A DNA stretch of 64,000 nucleotides from Candidatus Latescibacterota bacterium. Its GTDB lineage: Bacteria > Latescibacterota > UBA2968 > UBA8231. Where the stretch lies: NCBI GenBank assembly GCA_965204725.1, contig OZ242005.1:2144001-2208000 (forward strand), in the 5' to 3' direction. Shown here piece by piece: positions 26,938 to 35,809 of this stretch; the first letter of the stretch is position 1; the number at the start of each line of letters is the position of its first letter. The position numbers and the translations under genes were made by a program. Below the pieces are notes generated by a model. It ran no database searches. It saw only the letters and a program-made list of their open reading frames with translations, and was not told the origin of the DNA.

Positions 26938-29142
26938 CTAGGGCAGCTTGGTCGTCTTTTTCGCTTCCACCCGCCCGTCCATCTCGACCCGATAGATATA
27001 CACGCCCGCGGCCACCGCCTTGCCCGCCTCGTCGCGCCCATCCCATACAAACCGATGGCTGCCGGCCCGCAACGGCCCCTGCCACACCTGTCGCACCCGA
27101 CGACCTAACATGTCGTACACTCGCAACGATACTTCCGTCGCGTCCGTCGCTAAATCGAGGGGCAGCACCACCGCCGGATTGAACGGATTGGGATAGCTGT
27201 CGCCCAGCCGATACTGCGCCGGCTGTGCGACCGCTGGCGTCTGCACCGCGGTCATCTGATCGGCCAGCGAATTCTTGAGGATATGCACCCCACCCAAAAT
27301 CGGGTCTAACACCAACAGGTCGAGATCGCCGTCGCCATCCATATCCCCAGACAGCACGGTTCTCCCACTGCCCTCCAGCCGATGCCGCTCCCCGTCTTGG
27401 GTCGGATTGATACTTCCCCCCCATTCGATAAACACCCCAAACCCCGAAGCGCGGTCTCCGCCGATAAACACCCAGTCGTCAACCCCATCGGCATTGAGAT
27501 CGCGTATCAGCATCTGCGAGCGACGCAACAGCCGATCGTCATACAGCACCTCCGCGTCTAGGCGGTCGCCAACCCCCTTCCTCTGCAAGACGATACCCTT
27601 GCTCCCTTCAACTATATCGGCGGTGAACTCGGTGAGAAAATCCACCTGTCCGTCGCCGTCAAAATCGCCCACCCCTAACGGCTTCATATCTTCATCGACC
27701 TCAAAGACCTCGCCCCGCTGAAACTCCTCGGGATCGCTGCTCTCCAACGCCTTGTCTAAGGGAGACACAATCCACCCTCGCGCCAGATTGCGGATCGGCG
27801 ACCAGAACACATCGATGATCCCATTGCCGGTAAAGTCGCCGATGTAAATGGGCGTGTATTTGTCAAAATACGCCACCTCAGAGGACATCCACTCGCCCTG
27901 TTCAACCTCCCAGACTGCTAAAGTGCTAAAAAACTCCGCCGTTCCCGCGATTGCTTCCTCCAAAGTGCCTACATATCCAGCTCCCCCGACAAATAATTCG
28001 GCCCGGCCGTCGCCATCCCAATCGGCCGCACTCGTGATCGGAGCATCGATCTGCGCGAGTACCTCCACTTGGAGGTCCGGGCCGATAGACCACACTTCGG
28101 TCAAAGGCTCCCGGTTGCTTCTCGATATCGCGATTTCGTCTCGACCATCGCCGGTCAAATCGGCACCAAGCACATCTAAGGCCACCCCTATGGTGACTAT
28201 TTTCACCTCCCCTCCTATGGCGGCTTCTTCCCCTTCCTCTGCGGCAGCTACTTCCTCTATAACAGGTCCCCGTTCCAAGACCCCGTGCCCGTCATTGAGT
28301 GCCATCAGCCAACCCGCTTTCTCCCCATGAGCACCATGCTTATTAAGTATTTTCATTTCCCACAGGCCGAACAGGTCTAAGTCGCCATCGCCATCCAAGT
28401 CCGTCAACACATTGCCCCCTCCTCTCCCTAGATACATGTCTAGAACCCCTTCTACTTCCCCGATGCCCGGGGCAATCGGATAGAACACCGGCGGCGCAAA
28501 AAGCCCCGTCCCAGCAAAGCGAAAGTAATGCTCTACCAGCGGCGGAGGGAGTTCCCCCTCTAGCAACTCTTCCACGCCGGTCAACTCGATCCAGTCGATC
28601 TCAAATGCCTCCACCACCTCAATATCCAAATCAAACCCCAGTATAAAGCTGAACCGAAGATTTCTTAACAGGCCCTCCCAGCCGGCTTGACCCGCCAACG
28701 AGACCTCCACTTCCTGCCACTCGGTCGTATAGACGACTTGTTGAATGGGGACCAGTACGTCTATGAAGTTAAGAACAAAAACATGACCTAAATCGTTGTC
28801 CCATTGCATGGAAAAAGTACCCTCGGTAGGGCGGTCATGGACGGTGCGGAACCGGATGCGGAGTCGGTCGAACAGACTCGAATCGTACCCGATGGTTGAA
28901 GAAACCACTTCGACACTTGGCCGGGAGGGGTTGAAACTGTTGGTAATGGCGGGATCAACCCGGATCCGCCACACCCCCTCGTCAACCTCGCCGGGAAACG
29001 GGTGAAACTCCCGCGTACCTCCCCACTCAAGACCTTCTTTGGCGGACCACCCTTGCGTCGTCCCATCGTCGAAATCCCACCGAATCGCCCCAGCGAGGCT
29101 GCTCCACAGCATAACAGCAACAACGGCGAGTAGCAGCAACAT
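26938..29142 (-). CDS. Secreted beta-sandwich + FG-GAP/VCBS propeller + FlgD-Ig protein, paralog A (734 aa)
   Basis: AAAGGAG RBS before ATG 29142; signal peptide; WDFDDGTTQGW..IDWIELTG; repeated DxDGDG loops; YPNPFNP..WDGRDEAG C-terminal domain. Confidence 0.88.
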   Translation of the reverse strand: MLLLLAVVAVMLWSSLAGAIRWDFDDGTTQGWSAKEGLEWGGTREFHPFPGEVDEGVWRIRVDPAITNSFNPSRPSVEVVSSTIGYDSSLFDRLRIRFRTVHDRPTEGTFSMQWDNDLGHVFVLNFIDVLVPIQQVVYTTEWQEVEVSLAGQAGWEGLLRNLRFSFILGFDLDIEVVEAFEIDWIELTGVEELLEGELPPPLVEHYFRFAGTGLFAPPVFYPIAPGIGEVEGVLDMYLGRGGGNVLTDLDGDGDLDLFGLWEMKILNKHGAHGEKAGWLMALNDGHGVLERGPVIEEVAAAEEGEEAAIGGEVKIVTIGVALDVLGADLTGDGRDEIAISRSNREPLTEVWSIGPDLQVEVLAQIDAPITSAADWDGDGRAELFVGGAGYVGTLEEAIAGTAEFFSTLAVWEVEQGEWMSSEVAYFDKYTPIYIGDFTGNGIIDVFWSPIRNLARGWIVSPLDKALESSDPEEFQRGEVFEVDEDMKPLGVGDFDGDGQVDFLTEFTADIVEGSKGIVLQRKGVGDRLDAEVLYDDRLLRRSQMLIRDLNADGVDDWVFIGGDRASGFGVFIEWGGSINPTQDGERHRLEGSGRTVLSGDMDGDGDLDLLVLDPILGGVHILKNSLADQMTAVQTPAVAQPAQYRLGDSYPNPFNPAVVLPLDLATDATEVSLRVYDMLGRRVRQVWQGPLRAGSHRFVWDGRDEAGKAVAAGVYIYRVEMDGRVEAKKTTKLP

Positions 29143-29231
29143 AGCTCGTCTCCTTTGCAATAGTTTCGGCTCCAGTATAGATGATTTAGGCGGTCTTATG
29201 CCGTCTCGTCGGCTCACGTTTCTACCACTCC

Positions 29232-31385
29232 TTACGGCAGCTTCGTCGTCTTTTTCGCTTCCACCCGCCCTTCGACTTCTACCCGATAGACATACACGCC
29301 CGCGGCCACTGCCTTGCCCGCCTCGTCGCGGCCATCCCACACAAACCGATGGCTGCCCGCCCCCAACGGCCCGTCCCACACCTGACGCACCTGACGACCC
29401 AGCACGTCATGCACCCGCAACGATACTTCCGCCGCGTCCGTCGCTAAATCAAGGGGCAACACCACCGCCGGATTGAACGGGTTGGGATAGCTGTCGCCCA
29501 GCCGGTATTGCGTCGGCTGCACAGCCGCCGATGTCTGCACGGCCGTCGGCGTCGAAGCCAGCGAACTCTTGAGGACATGCACTCCACCCAAGATCGGGTC
29601 TAACACCACCAAATCCTCATCGCCATCGCCATCCATATCCCCGGACAGCACACGGGTCCCACTGCCCGCCAGCCGATGCCGCTCCCCGTCTTGGGTCGGG
29701 TTGATACTTCCCCCCCATTCGACGAACACGCCAAAGCCCGAAGCGCGGTCTCCGCCGATAAACACCCAATCGTCAACCCCATCGGCGTTGAGATCGTCCA
29801 CTAGCACCGGCGAGCGCACAAACAGCCGATCATCATACAGCACCGCCGACTCTACGCCGCCGCCGCTCTTGCTATGCAAGGCCAGCCCCTTGAGACCTTC
29901 GACATAATCACGGATGAACTCGGTGAGGAAATCCACCTGCCCGTCGCCATCAAAATCGCCCGCCGCTGACAGCCACTTCCATTCTGCGACTTCAAATACC
30001 TCGTTGCTCGGAAGCACCTCGCCCAAGGCCCCCACACCCCAAGTAGTTGCCCGCCCGAATATCGGCCTCCAAAACACGTCGAGGGCTCCATCGCCGGTAA
30101 AGTCGCCGATCTGATAGGGCACATGGCGTTCAGCTACCGCCACCTCCTCAACAGTCCACACGCCCTGTTCGACATCCCAGACCTCTAAAATGCTCCCCTC
30201 TTCCAACGAAGTCGTTCCGACAAATAACTCGGCCTTGCCGTCGCCATCCCAATCCGCTACGTCCCTGAGCCATCGACTCTCGATCTGTACGAGCACCTCG
30301 ACTTGGAGTTCCGCCCCGATAGACCACACTTCTACTGCCGATCCAGCATTGCTTATATACATCGCGACTTCGTCTCGACCATCGCCGGTCAGGTCCGCAG
30401 CCAGCACCTCTAACTCCACCAAGGAGACGGTCATCCCGCCCGTTTCCGAATCGGTGATAGACTGCCCTGTGACCGCTACTTCCTCTATGCGCTTGAGTTC
30501 CAAGACCCCGTGCCCATTATTGAGGGCCATCAGCCAGCCCGCTTGATCCCCTGGCTGATCCGCTCCCTCGTGCGGGGAACTCCAGACAGCAAACAGGTCT
30601 AAGGCCCCATCGCCATCCAAATCCGTCAAGACGCCCGGTCTCTCATCCGGAACTCCCCTTCCCCCGATGCCCGGCGCAATCGGATAGAATACCGGCGGCG
30701 CAAAAAGCCCAGCCTCATCCCAGCGAAGATACGCTACCAGCGGCGGCGGCAGTTCCCCCTGTAGCAGCTCTTCCACGCCGGTCAACTCGATCCAGTCGAT
30801 CTCAAACCACGCCACCACATCGGACGCCGACTGGGTTGGCTCTGTTAGCTCTGTATCAAAAAGAAAACTGAGCTGAATATCTTTTAACAGGCCCTCCCAG
30901 AGCGTCTCGTCTTGCTCGGCCAACGACAGCACCACTTCCTGCCACTCGGTCGTATAGACGACTCGTTGTACGTGGCTGTGAAATCGGCTTCCAGATCGCG
31001 GGGCTTCTGGATCCCAACCGGAAGACAGGGCGTTGTGCTCGTTGGTCCACTCCATTGAAACATTACCGACCGTCGGGCGGTCATGGACGGTGCGGAACCG
31101 GATGCGGACCCGGTCGAACAGGCTCGAATCGTGCCCGATGGTCGAAGAAATCAATTCGACATTCTGTCCTTTGTAATTGCCTTTGACGACCGCGGGATCG
31201 ACCGCGACCCGCCACACGCCCTCGTCAACCTCGCCCGGAAACAGATGCAATTCACGTATTCCTCCCCATACACCCGCTTCTTTGGCGGTCCACCCTTGCG
31301 TCGTCCCATCGTCGAACTCCCACCGAATTGCCCCGACGAGGTTACTCCACAGCACAAGCCCTATAACACCAGCAAACTTCAGCAT
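29232..31385 (-). CDS. FG-GAP + FlgD-Ig secreted protein, paralog B (717 aa)
   Basis: Same architecture as A; MLKFA-type signal peptide. Confidence 0.88.
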   Translation of the reverse strand: MLKFAGVIGLVLWSNLVGAIRWEFDDGTTQGWTAKEAGVWGGIRELHLFPGEVDEGVWRVAVDPAVVKGNYKGQNVELISSTIGHDSSLFDRVRIRFRTVHDRPTVGNVSMEWTNEHNALSSGWDPEAPRSGSRFHSHVQRVVYTTEWQEVVLSLAEQDETLWEGLLKDIQLSFLFDTELTEPTQSASDVVAWFEIDWIELTGVEELLQGELPPPLVAYLRWDEAGLFAPPVFYPIAPGIGGRGVPDERPGVLTDLDGDGALDLFAVWSSPHEGADQPGDQAGWLMALNNGHGVLELKRIEEVAVTGQSITDSETGGMTVSLVELEVLAADLTGDGRDEVAMYISNAGSAVEVWSIGAELQVEVLVQIESRWLRDVADWDGDGKAELFVGTTSLEEGSILEVWDVEQGVWTVEEVAVAERHVPYQIGDFTGDGALDVFWRPIFGRATTWGVGALGEVLPSNEVFEVAEWKWLSAAGDFDGDGQVDFLTEFIRDYVEGLKGLALHSKSGGGVESAVLYDDRLFVRSPVLVDDLNADGVDDWVFIGGDRASGFGVFVEWGGSINPTQDGERHRLAGSGTRVLSGDMDGDGDEDLVVLDPILGGVHVLKSSLASTPTAVQTSAAVQPTQYRLGDSYPNPFNPAVVLPLDLATDAAEVSLRVHDVLGRQVRQVWDGPLGAGSHRFVWDGRDEAGKAVAAGVYVYRVEVEGRVEAKKTTKLP

Positions 31386-31452
31386 GATAGCACAACTCCC
31401 TTTCTAACAGTAACATTCCCACAGACTGCGCCCTATCCGTGAACCTTACTCC

Positions 31453-33657
31453 TTACGGCAACTTCGTCGTCTTTTTCGCTTCCACCCGCCCGTCCATCTC
31501 GACCCGATAGATATACACCCCGGCCGCCACCGCCTTACCTGCCTCGTCGCGCCCATCCCATACAAACCGATGCTGACCTGCCCCCAGCGGCCCCTGCCAC
31601 ACCTGACGCACCCGGCGACCCAACACGTCATAAACCCGCAGCGATACTTCCGCCGCGTCCTTAGCCAAATCAAGGGGCAACACCACCGCCGGATTAAACG
31701 GGTTGGGATAGCTGTCGCCCAGCCGATACTGCGCCGGTCGCCCAGCCGCCGACGTCCGCACGGCTGTCGCGGTCGAAGCCAGCGAATTCTTGAGCAGATG
31801 CACCCCACCCAAAATCGGATCTAACACCAACAGATCGAGATCGCCGTCGCCATCCATATCCCCGGACAGCACATTGGTCCCACTGCCCTCCAGCCGATGC
31901 CGCTCCCCGTCTTGGGTCGGGCTGATACTTCCACCCCATTCGACGAACACCCCAAACCCCGAAGCGCGGTCTCCGCCGATAAACACCCAGTCGTCAACTC
32001 CATCGCCATTGAGATCGCGTATCAGCACTGGCGAGCGACGCAACAGCCGATCATCATACAGCACTTCGGCTTCTAGGCGGTCGCCGGCCCCCTTCCTCTG
32101 CAAGACGAGCCCCTTGCTTCCTTCGATTATATCGGAGGTGAACTCGGTGAGAAAATCCACCTGTCCGTCGCCATCAAAATCGCCCACCCCTAACGGCCGC
32201 CGCTCTTCATTGACCTCAAAGACCTCGCCCCGCTGAAACTCCTCGGGATCGTTGCTCTGCAACGCCTTGTCCAAGGGAGACACAATCCATCCTCGCGCCA
32301 GATTGCGGATCGGCGACCAGAACACATCGAGAATCCCGTTGCCGGTAAAGTCGCCGATGTAGGTGGGCGCGTATTTTTCAAAATACGCCACCTCAGAGGA
32401 CGTCCACCCGCCCTGTTCAACCTCCCAGACTGCTAAAGTGCTAAAAAACTTCGCCGTATCATTGATCACATCATCTAAAGTGCCTTCGTACGTAGCTCCC
32501 CCGACAAATAATTCGACCCGGCCGTCGCCATCCCAATCGGCCACACTATGAACCCGACTATCGATCTGCGCGAGCACCTCCACTTGGAGGTCCGAGCCGA
32601 TAGACCACACTTCGGTCGAAGGATCCCGGTTGCTTCTCGATATCGCGATTTCGGCTTGACCATCGCCGGTCAAATCGGCACCAAGCACCTTTAAGGCCAC
32701 CCCTCTGGGGACTATTGCCACCTCCCCGCCTACGGCGGCTCCTTCCCTCTCTTCTGCGGCAGCTACTTCTTCGATAACAGGCCCCCGTTCCAAGGCCCCG
32801 CGCCCGTCATTGAGTGCCATCAGCCAACCCTCTTTCTCCCCATGACCCCCATACTTATTAGGTATTTTCATTTCCCACAGGCTGAACAGGTCTAAGTCCC
32901 CATCGCCATCCAAGTCCGTCAACACATTGCCACCTCCCCCCCCTAGATACATGCTTTGACCATTAGGTGCTTCCCCGATGCCCGGGGCAATCGGATAGAA
33001 CACCGGCGGCGCAAAAAGCCCCGTCCCAGCAAAGCGAAAATACTCTGTATATGGCGGGGGGAGTTCCCCCTGTAGCAACTCTTCCACGCCGGTCAACTCG
33101 ATCCAGTCAATCTCAAACGCCTCCACCACCTCGGTATCTAAATCATAACCCAGCATAAAACTGAACCGAAGGTTCCTTAACAGGCCCTCCCAGCCATATT
33201 GACCCTCCAACGAGATCTCCACTTCCTGCCACTCAGTCGTATAGACGACTTGTTGAATGGGGACTTCTCCTTCAAGACTAAAAAAATCATGACCTGAAGC
33301 ACTGTCCCATTCCATTGAAAAACGACCTTCGGTAGGGCGATCATGGACGGTGCGGCAGCGGATGCGAACCCGGTCAAACAGACTCGAATCATATCCGATG
33401 GTCGAAGAAACCACTTCGACACTCGGTTGAGAGGGTTTGAAACTGTTGGCGACCACAGGGTCAACCCGAATCCGCCACACACCCTCGTCGATCATCCCCG
33501 GAAACTGGTGAAATTCACGCGTACCCCCCCGACCACTCCATACGTGTGCTTCTTTGGCGAACCACCCCTGCGTCGTCCCATCGTCGAACTCCCACCGAAT
33601 CGCCCCAGCGGGATCGTCCCACAGCACAACGGCAACAACGGCGAATAGCAGCAACAT
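31453..33657 (-). CDS. FG-GAP + FlgD-Ig secreted protein, paralog C (734 aa)
   Basis: Same architecture; AAAGGAG RBS before ATG 33657. Confidence 0.88.
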   Translation of the reverse strand: MLLLFAVVAVVLWDDPAGAIRWEFDDGTTQGWFAKEAHVWSGRGGTREFHQFPGMIDEGVWRIRVDPVVANSFKPSQPSVEVVSSTIGYDSSLFDRVRIRCRTVHDRPTEGRFSMEWDSASGHDFFSLEGEVPIQQVVYTTEWQEVEISLEGQYGWEGLLRNLRFSFMLGYDLDTEVVEAFEIDWIELTGVEELLQGELPPPYTEYFRFAGTGLFAPPVFYPIAPGIGEAPNGQSMYLGGGGGNVLTDLDGDGDLDLFSLWEMKIPNKYGGHGEKEGWLMALNDGRGALERGPVIEEVAAAEEREGAAVGGEVAIVPRGVALKVLGADLTGDGQAEIAISRSNRDPSTEVWSIGSDLQVEVLAQIDSRVHSVADWDGDGRVELFVGGATYEGTLDDVINDTAKFFSTLAVWEVEQGGWTSSEVAYFEKYAPTYIGDFTGNGILDVFWSPIRNLARGWIVSPLDKALQSNDPEEFQRGEVFEVNEERRPLGVGDFDGDGQVDFLTEFTSDIIEGSKGLVLQRKGAGDRLEAEVLYDDRLLRRSPVLIRDLNGDGVDDWVFIGGDRASGFGVFVEWGGSISPTQDGERHRLEGSGTNVLSGDMDGDGDLDLLVLDPILGGVHLLKNSLASTATAVRTSAAGRPAQYRLGDSYPNPFNPAVVLPLDLAKDAAEVSLRVYDVLGRRVRQVWQGPLGAGQHRFVWDGRDEAGKAVAAGVYIYRVEMDGRVEAKKTTKLP

Positions 33658-33713
33658 AGCTCGTCTCCTTTGCAATAGTTTCGGCTCCAGTATAGATGAT
33701 TTAGGCGGTCTCA

Positions 33714-33874
33714 TAGCCGTCCTACATCCTTCATGGCGTTTTGGGTCTGAGATACTTCGCTGCGCTCAGTATGACAAGGGCTGGGGCACGCACCCCCCGT
33801 CTGTGGGTCATGCTGAACGTAGCGCAGCGCAGTCGAAGCATCGCTACATGCTTGCAAATCATTTAGGACCGCTA
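33714..33874 (-). mobile_element. MITE-like element, family 1, copy b, carrying an inverted pair of GTCAT(A/G)CTGA palindromes
   Basis: Same termini as 9365-9479; absent from the homologous leaders of paralogs A and J. Confidence 0.8.
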
Positions 33875-33909
33875 TATGCCTTCTCATCATCTCACGTTTC
33901 AACCACTCC

Positions 33910-34701
33910 TCACGGCAGCTTCGTCGTCTTTTTCGCTTCCACCCGCCCGTCCATCTCGACCCGATAGATATACACTCCCGCCGCCACCGCCTTGCCCGCC
34001 TCGTCGCGCCCATCCCATACAAACCGATGGCTGCCGGCCCCCAGCGGCCCGTCCCACACCTGTCGCACCCGACGACCCAACACGTCGTAGAGTGCCAAGT
34101 GGACCTGCTTTTGGTCCAGCACCAAATCAAGCGGAATCACGATCAAGGGATTGAACGGATTGGGATAGGCATTGCCCAGCCCATGCTGCGCCGGCCGGCC
34201 CGCTGCCGGTGTCAACACGGAGGTCGGCGTCGGCTCGGGCCGCCAACAAGGCGTGGAGGAGCAGGCGCAAATTTTCTCAATGTCGTCGTCTGGGTGCGGG
34301 ACGCAGTACCGGTACGGCTTAGTCGAGTCAACCGCTGCACATTCATCATAATAGTCGCACTGGGTCCTTCGGTTGATCGCGCTCGCCGGCACGGCCTCCG
34401 AACAGGGCGTGGAGGAGTACCAGCAATCTCCCATCCAGAAGTTACAGGACGCATCCAAAGCCTTGGAGCAGTGAACATATTTCGCCTCTGGAGCCGCCGG
34501 GTCCGCCTCCGCCCGGGTGCATATTGGATGCTCGGGATTGGAGCTACAGTCGAAACAGTGGAGCCAAGTGACCGGGCACGGCGTGTCAGCTTCGGATCCC
34601 CTTGCTCCGAGGAGGATCGCAAGCACCGCGAGAGCACCCAGCCCCAGCCGCATTGGGGACAAGCCGCTGAACGAGTGAATAAATGAACTAGACCTTTTCA
34701 T
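33910..34701 (-). CDS. Secreted Cys-rich protein (14 Cys) with the shared FlgD-Ig C-terminal domain (D)
   Basis: Signal ending GSEA; about 115-aa Cys-rich region; YPNPFNP domain ending KKTTKLP. Confidence 0.85.
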   Translation of the reverse strand: MKRSSSFIHSFSGLSPMRLGLGALAVLAILLGARGSEADTPCPVTWLHCFDCSSNPEHPICTRAEADPAAPEAKYVHCSKALDASCNFWMGDCWYSSTPCSEAVPASAINRRTQCDYYDECAAVDSTKPYRYCVPHPDDDIEKICACSSTPCWRPEPTPTSVLTPAAGRPAQHGLGNAYPNPFNPLIVIPLDLVLDQKQVHLALYDVLGRRVRQVWDGPLGAGSHRFVWDGRDEAGKAVAAGVYIYRVEMDGRVEAKKTTKLP

Positions 34702-34713
34702 CGCTTTGTCTCC

Positions 34714-35751
34714 TTAGTTACCCGGTACGCCCGCAGCCCGGCCCTGCAAATGCCCCTTGAGCCGCCCCCACGAGGTCTCGGCCACGTCCGTCGGCTCCCG
34801 GCCGACATAAGACGCGAGGTCCCAGAAACGCGCCGAATAGGATCGACTCCCGGCACTGGCCAACGTGCGGCCATCCGGCGAATACGCCACAAAGTCCGCA
34901 GGTCCTGTGAGCGTGGTGAGAGGTTCACCCGTCGCCGCATCCCAAAGACGAATCTCGTTGCCATGTGCGCTGGCCAACGTGCTACCATCCGGCGAATAGG
35001 CCACACTACAGATATTACCCCGCCCGTCAAGCGTGATGAGGGGTTCACCTGTGGCCGCGTCCCAAAGACGAACCGTTCCATCCCGGCTCCCACTGGCCAC
35101 TGTACCGCCATCCGGCGAATACGCCACACTCCAGACAACATCCGCATGCCCTTCGAGCGTGGTGAGGAGGTCGCCCGTCGCTACGTCCCAAAGACGAACC
35201 GTTCGGTCGAAACTCCCACTGGCGATTGCGTCCCCAGCCGGCGAATACACCGCGCTGACGACCCCTTCCGCAGGTCCTTTGATCGTGATGAGGGGGTCAC
35301 CTGTGGCCGCATCCCAAAGACGAATCGTTCCATCCCGGCTCCCGCTGGCCACCGTACCGCCATCCGGCGAATACGAGACGCTAAAGACATCATCCCTATG
35401 CCCTCTAAGCGTCGCCCGGACTTCACCTGTGGCCGCATCCCAAAGACGAACTGTTTTGTCGAAGCTCGCACTGGCTATTGCGTCCCCAGCCGGCGAATAC
35501 GCCACACCCCAGACGAAATTCGTATGCCCTCTAAGCGTGGTGAGGAGTTTGCCCGTCGCTGTATCCCAAAGACGGACTACTTGGTTAGAACTCCCACTGG
35601 CCACCACGTCCCCAGCCGGCGAATACGCCACACTAGTAACCCAGTCCGGGTCCGACCATCCCCCTTGGGCATAGCTAATACCCGGCAGGGCACAAGTCAT
35701 CAAGCAGGCGATTAACACGGGAAGGGTTTGATGCACAACGCGCGTTTTCAT
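34714..35751 (-). CDS. Secreted 7-bladed WD40 protein with a TSWGRLK tail (E, 345 aa)
   Basis: AAAGGAG RBS before ATG 35751; signal ending ISYA; seven YSPxG..WD repeats. Confidence 0.92.
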   Translation of the reverse strand: MKTRVVHQTLPVLIACLMTCALPGISYAQGGWSDPDWVTSVAYSPAGDVVASGSSNQVVRLWDTATGKLLTTLRGHTNFVWGVAYSPAGDAIASASFDKTVRLWDAATGEVRATLRGHRDDVFSVSYSPDGGTVASGSRDGTIRLWDAATGDPLITIKGPAEGVVSAVYSPAGDAIASGSFDRTVRLWDVATGDLLTTLEGHADVVWSVAYSPDGGTVASGSRDGTVRLWDAATGEPLITLDGRGNICSVAYSPDGSTLASAHGNEIRLWDAATGEPLTTLTGPADFVAYSPDGRTLASAGSRSYSARFWDLASYVGREPTDVAETSWGRLKGHLQGRAAGVPGN

Positions 35752-35809
35752 AAGAAACTCCTTTCGGTGTGTTTTAAGGATTCCTTCACTTGCCACTTTC
35801 AACCACTCC

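Noticed and set aside
26774-27424. 216-aa minus-strand ORF crossing the repeat array (..IKSYKIVFNTILYDFIR..)
   Set aside because: An alternative frame of paralog A running into the regulatory palindrome; the peptide simply reflects the repeat.
29143-29379. N-terminal extensions in the ORF track (also 35752-36165, 15023-15400, 9285-9434, 1829-1954, 50447-50656, 60443-60619, 49645-49734)
   Set aside because: They overlap upstream genes, promoters or MITEs. Downstream starts have better RBSs, signal peptides or domain boundaries.
33750-33845. Structured intergenic sequence as a tRNA or riboswitch (also 55840-55926)
   Set aside because: No cloverleaf or known aptamer recognised; it is explained by REP-like hairpins inside a MITE. 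An Rfam search was not possible.
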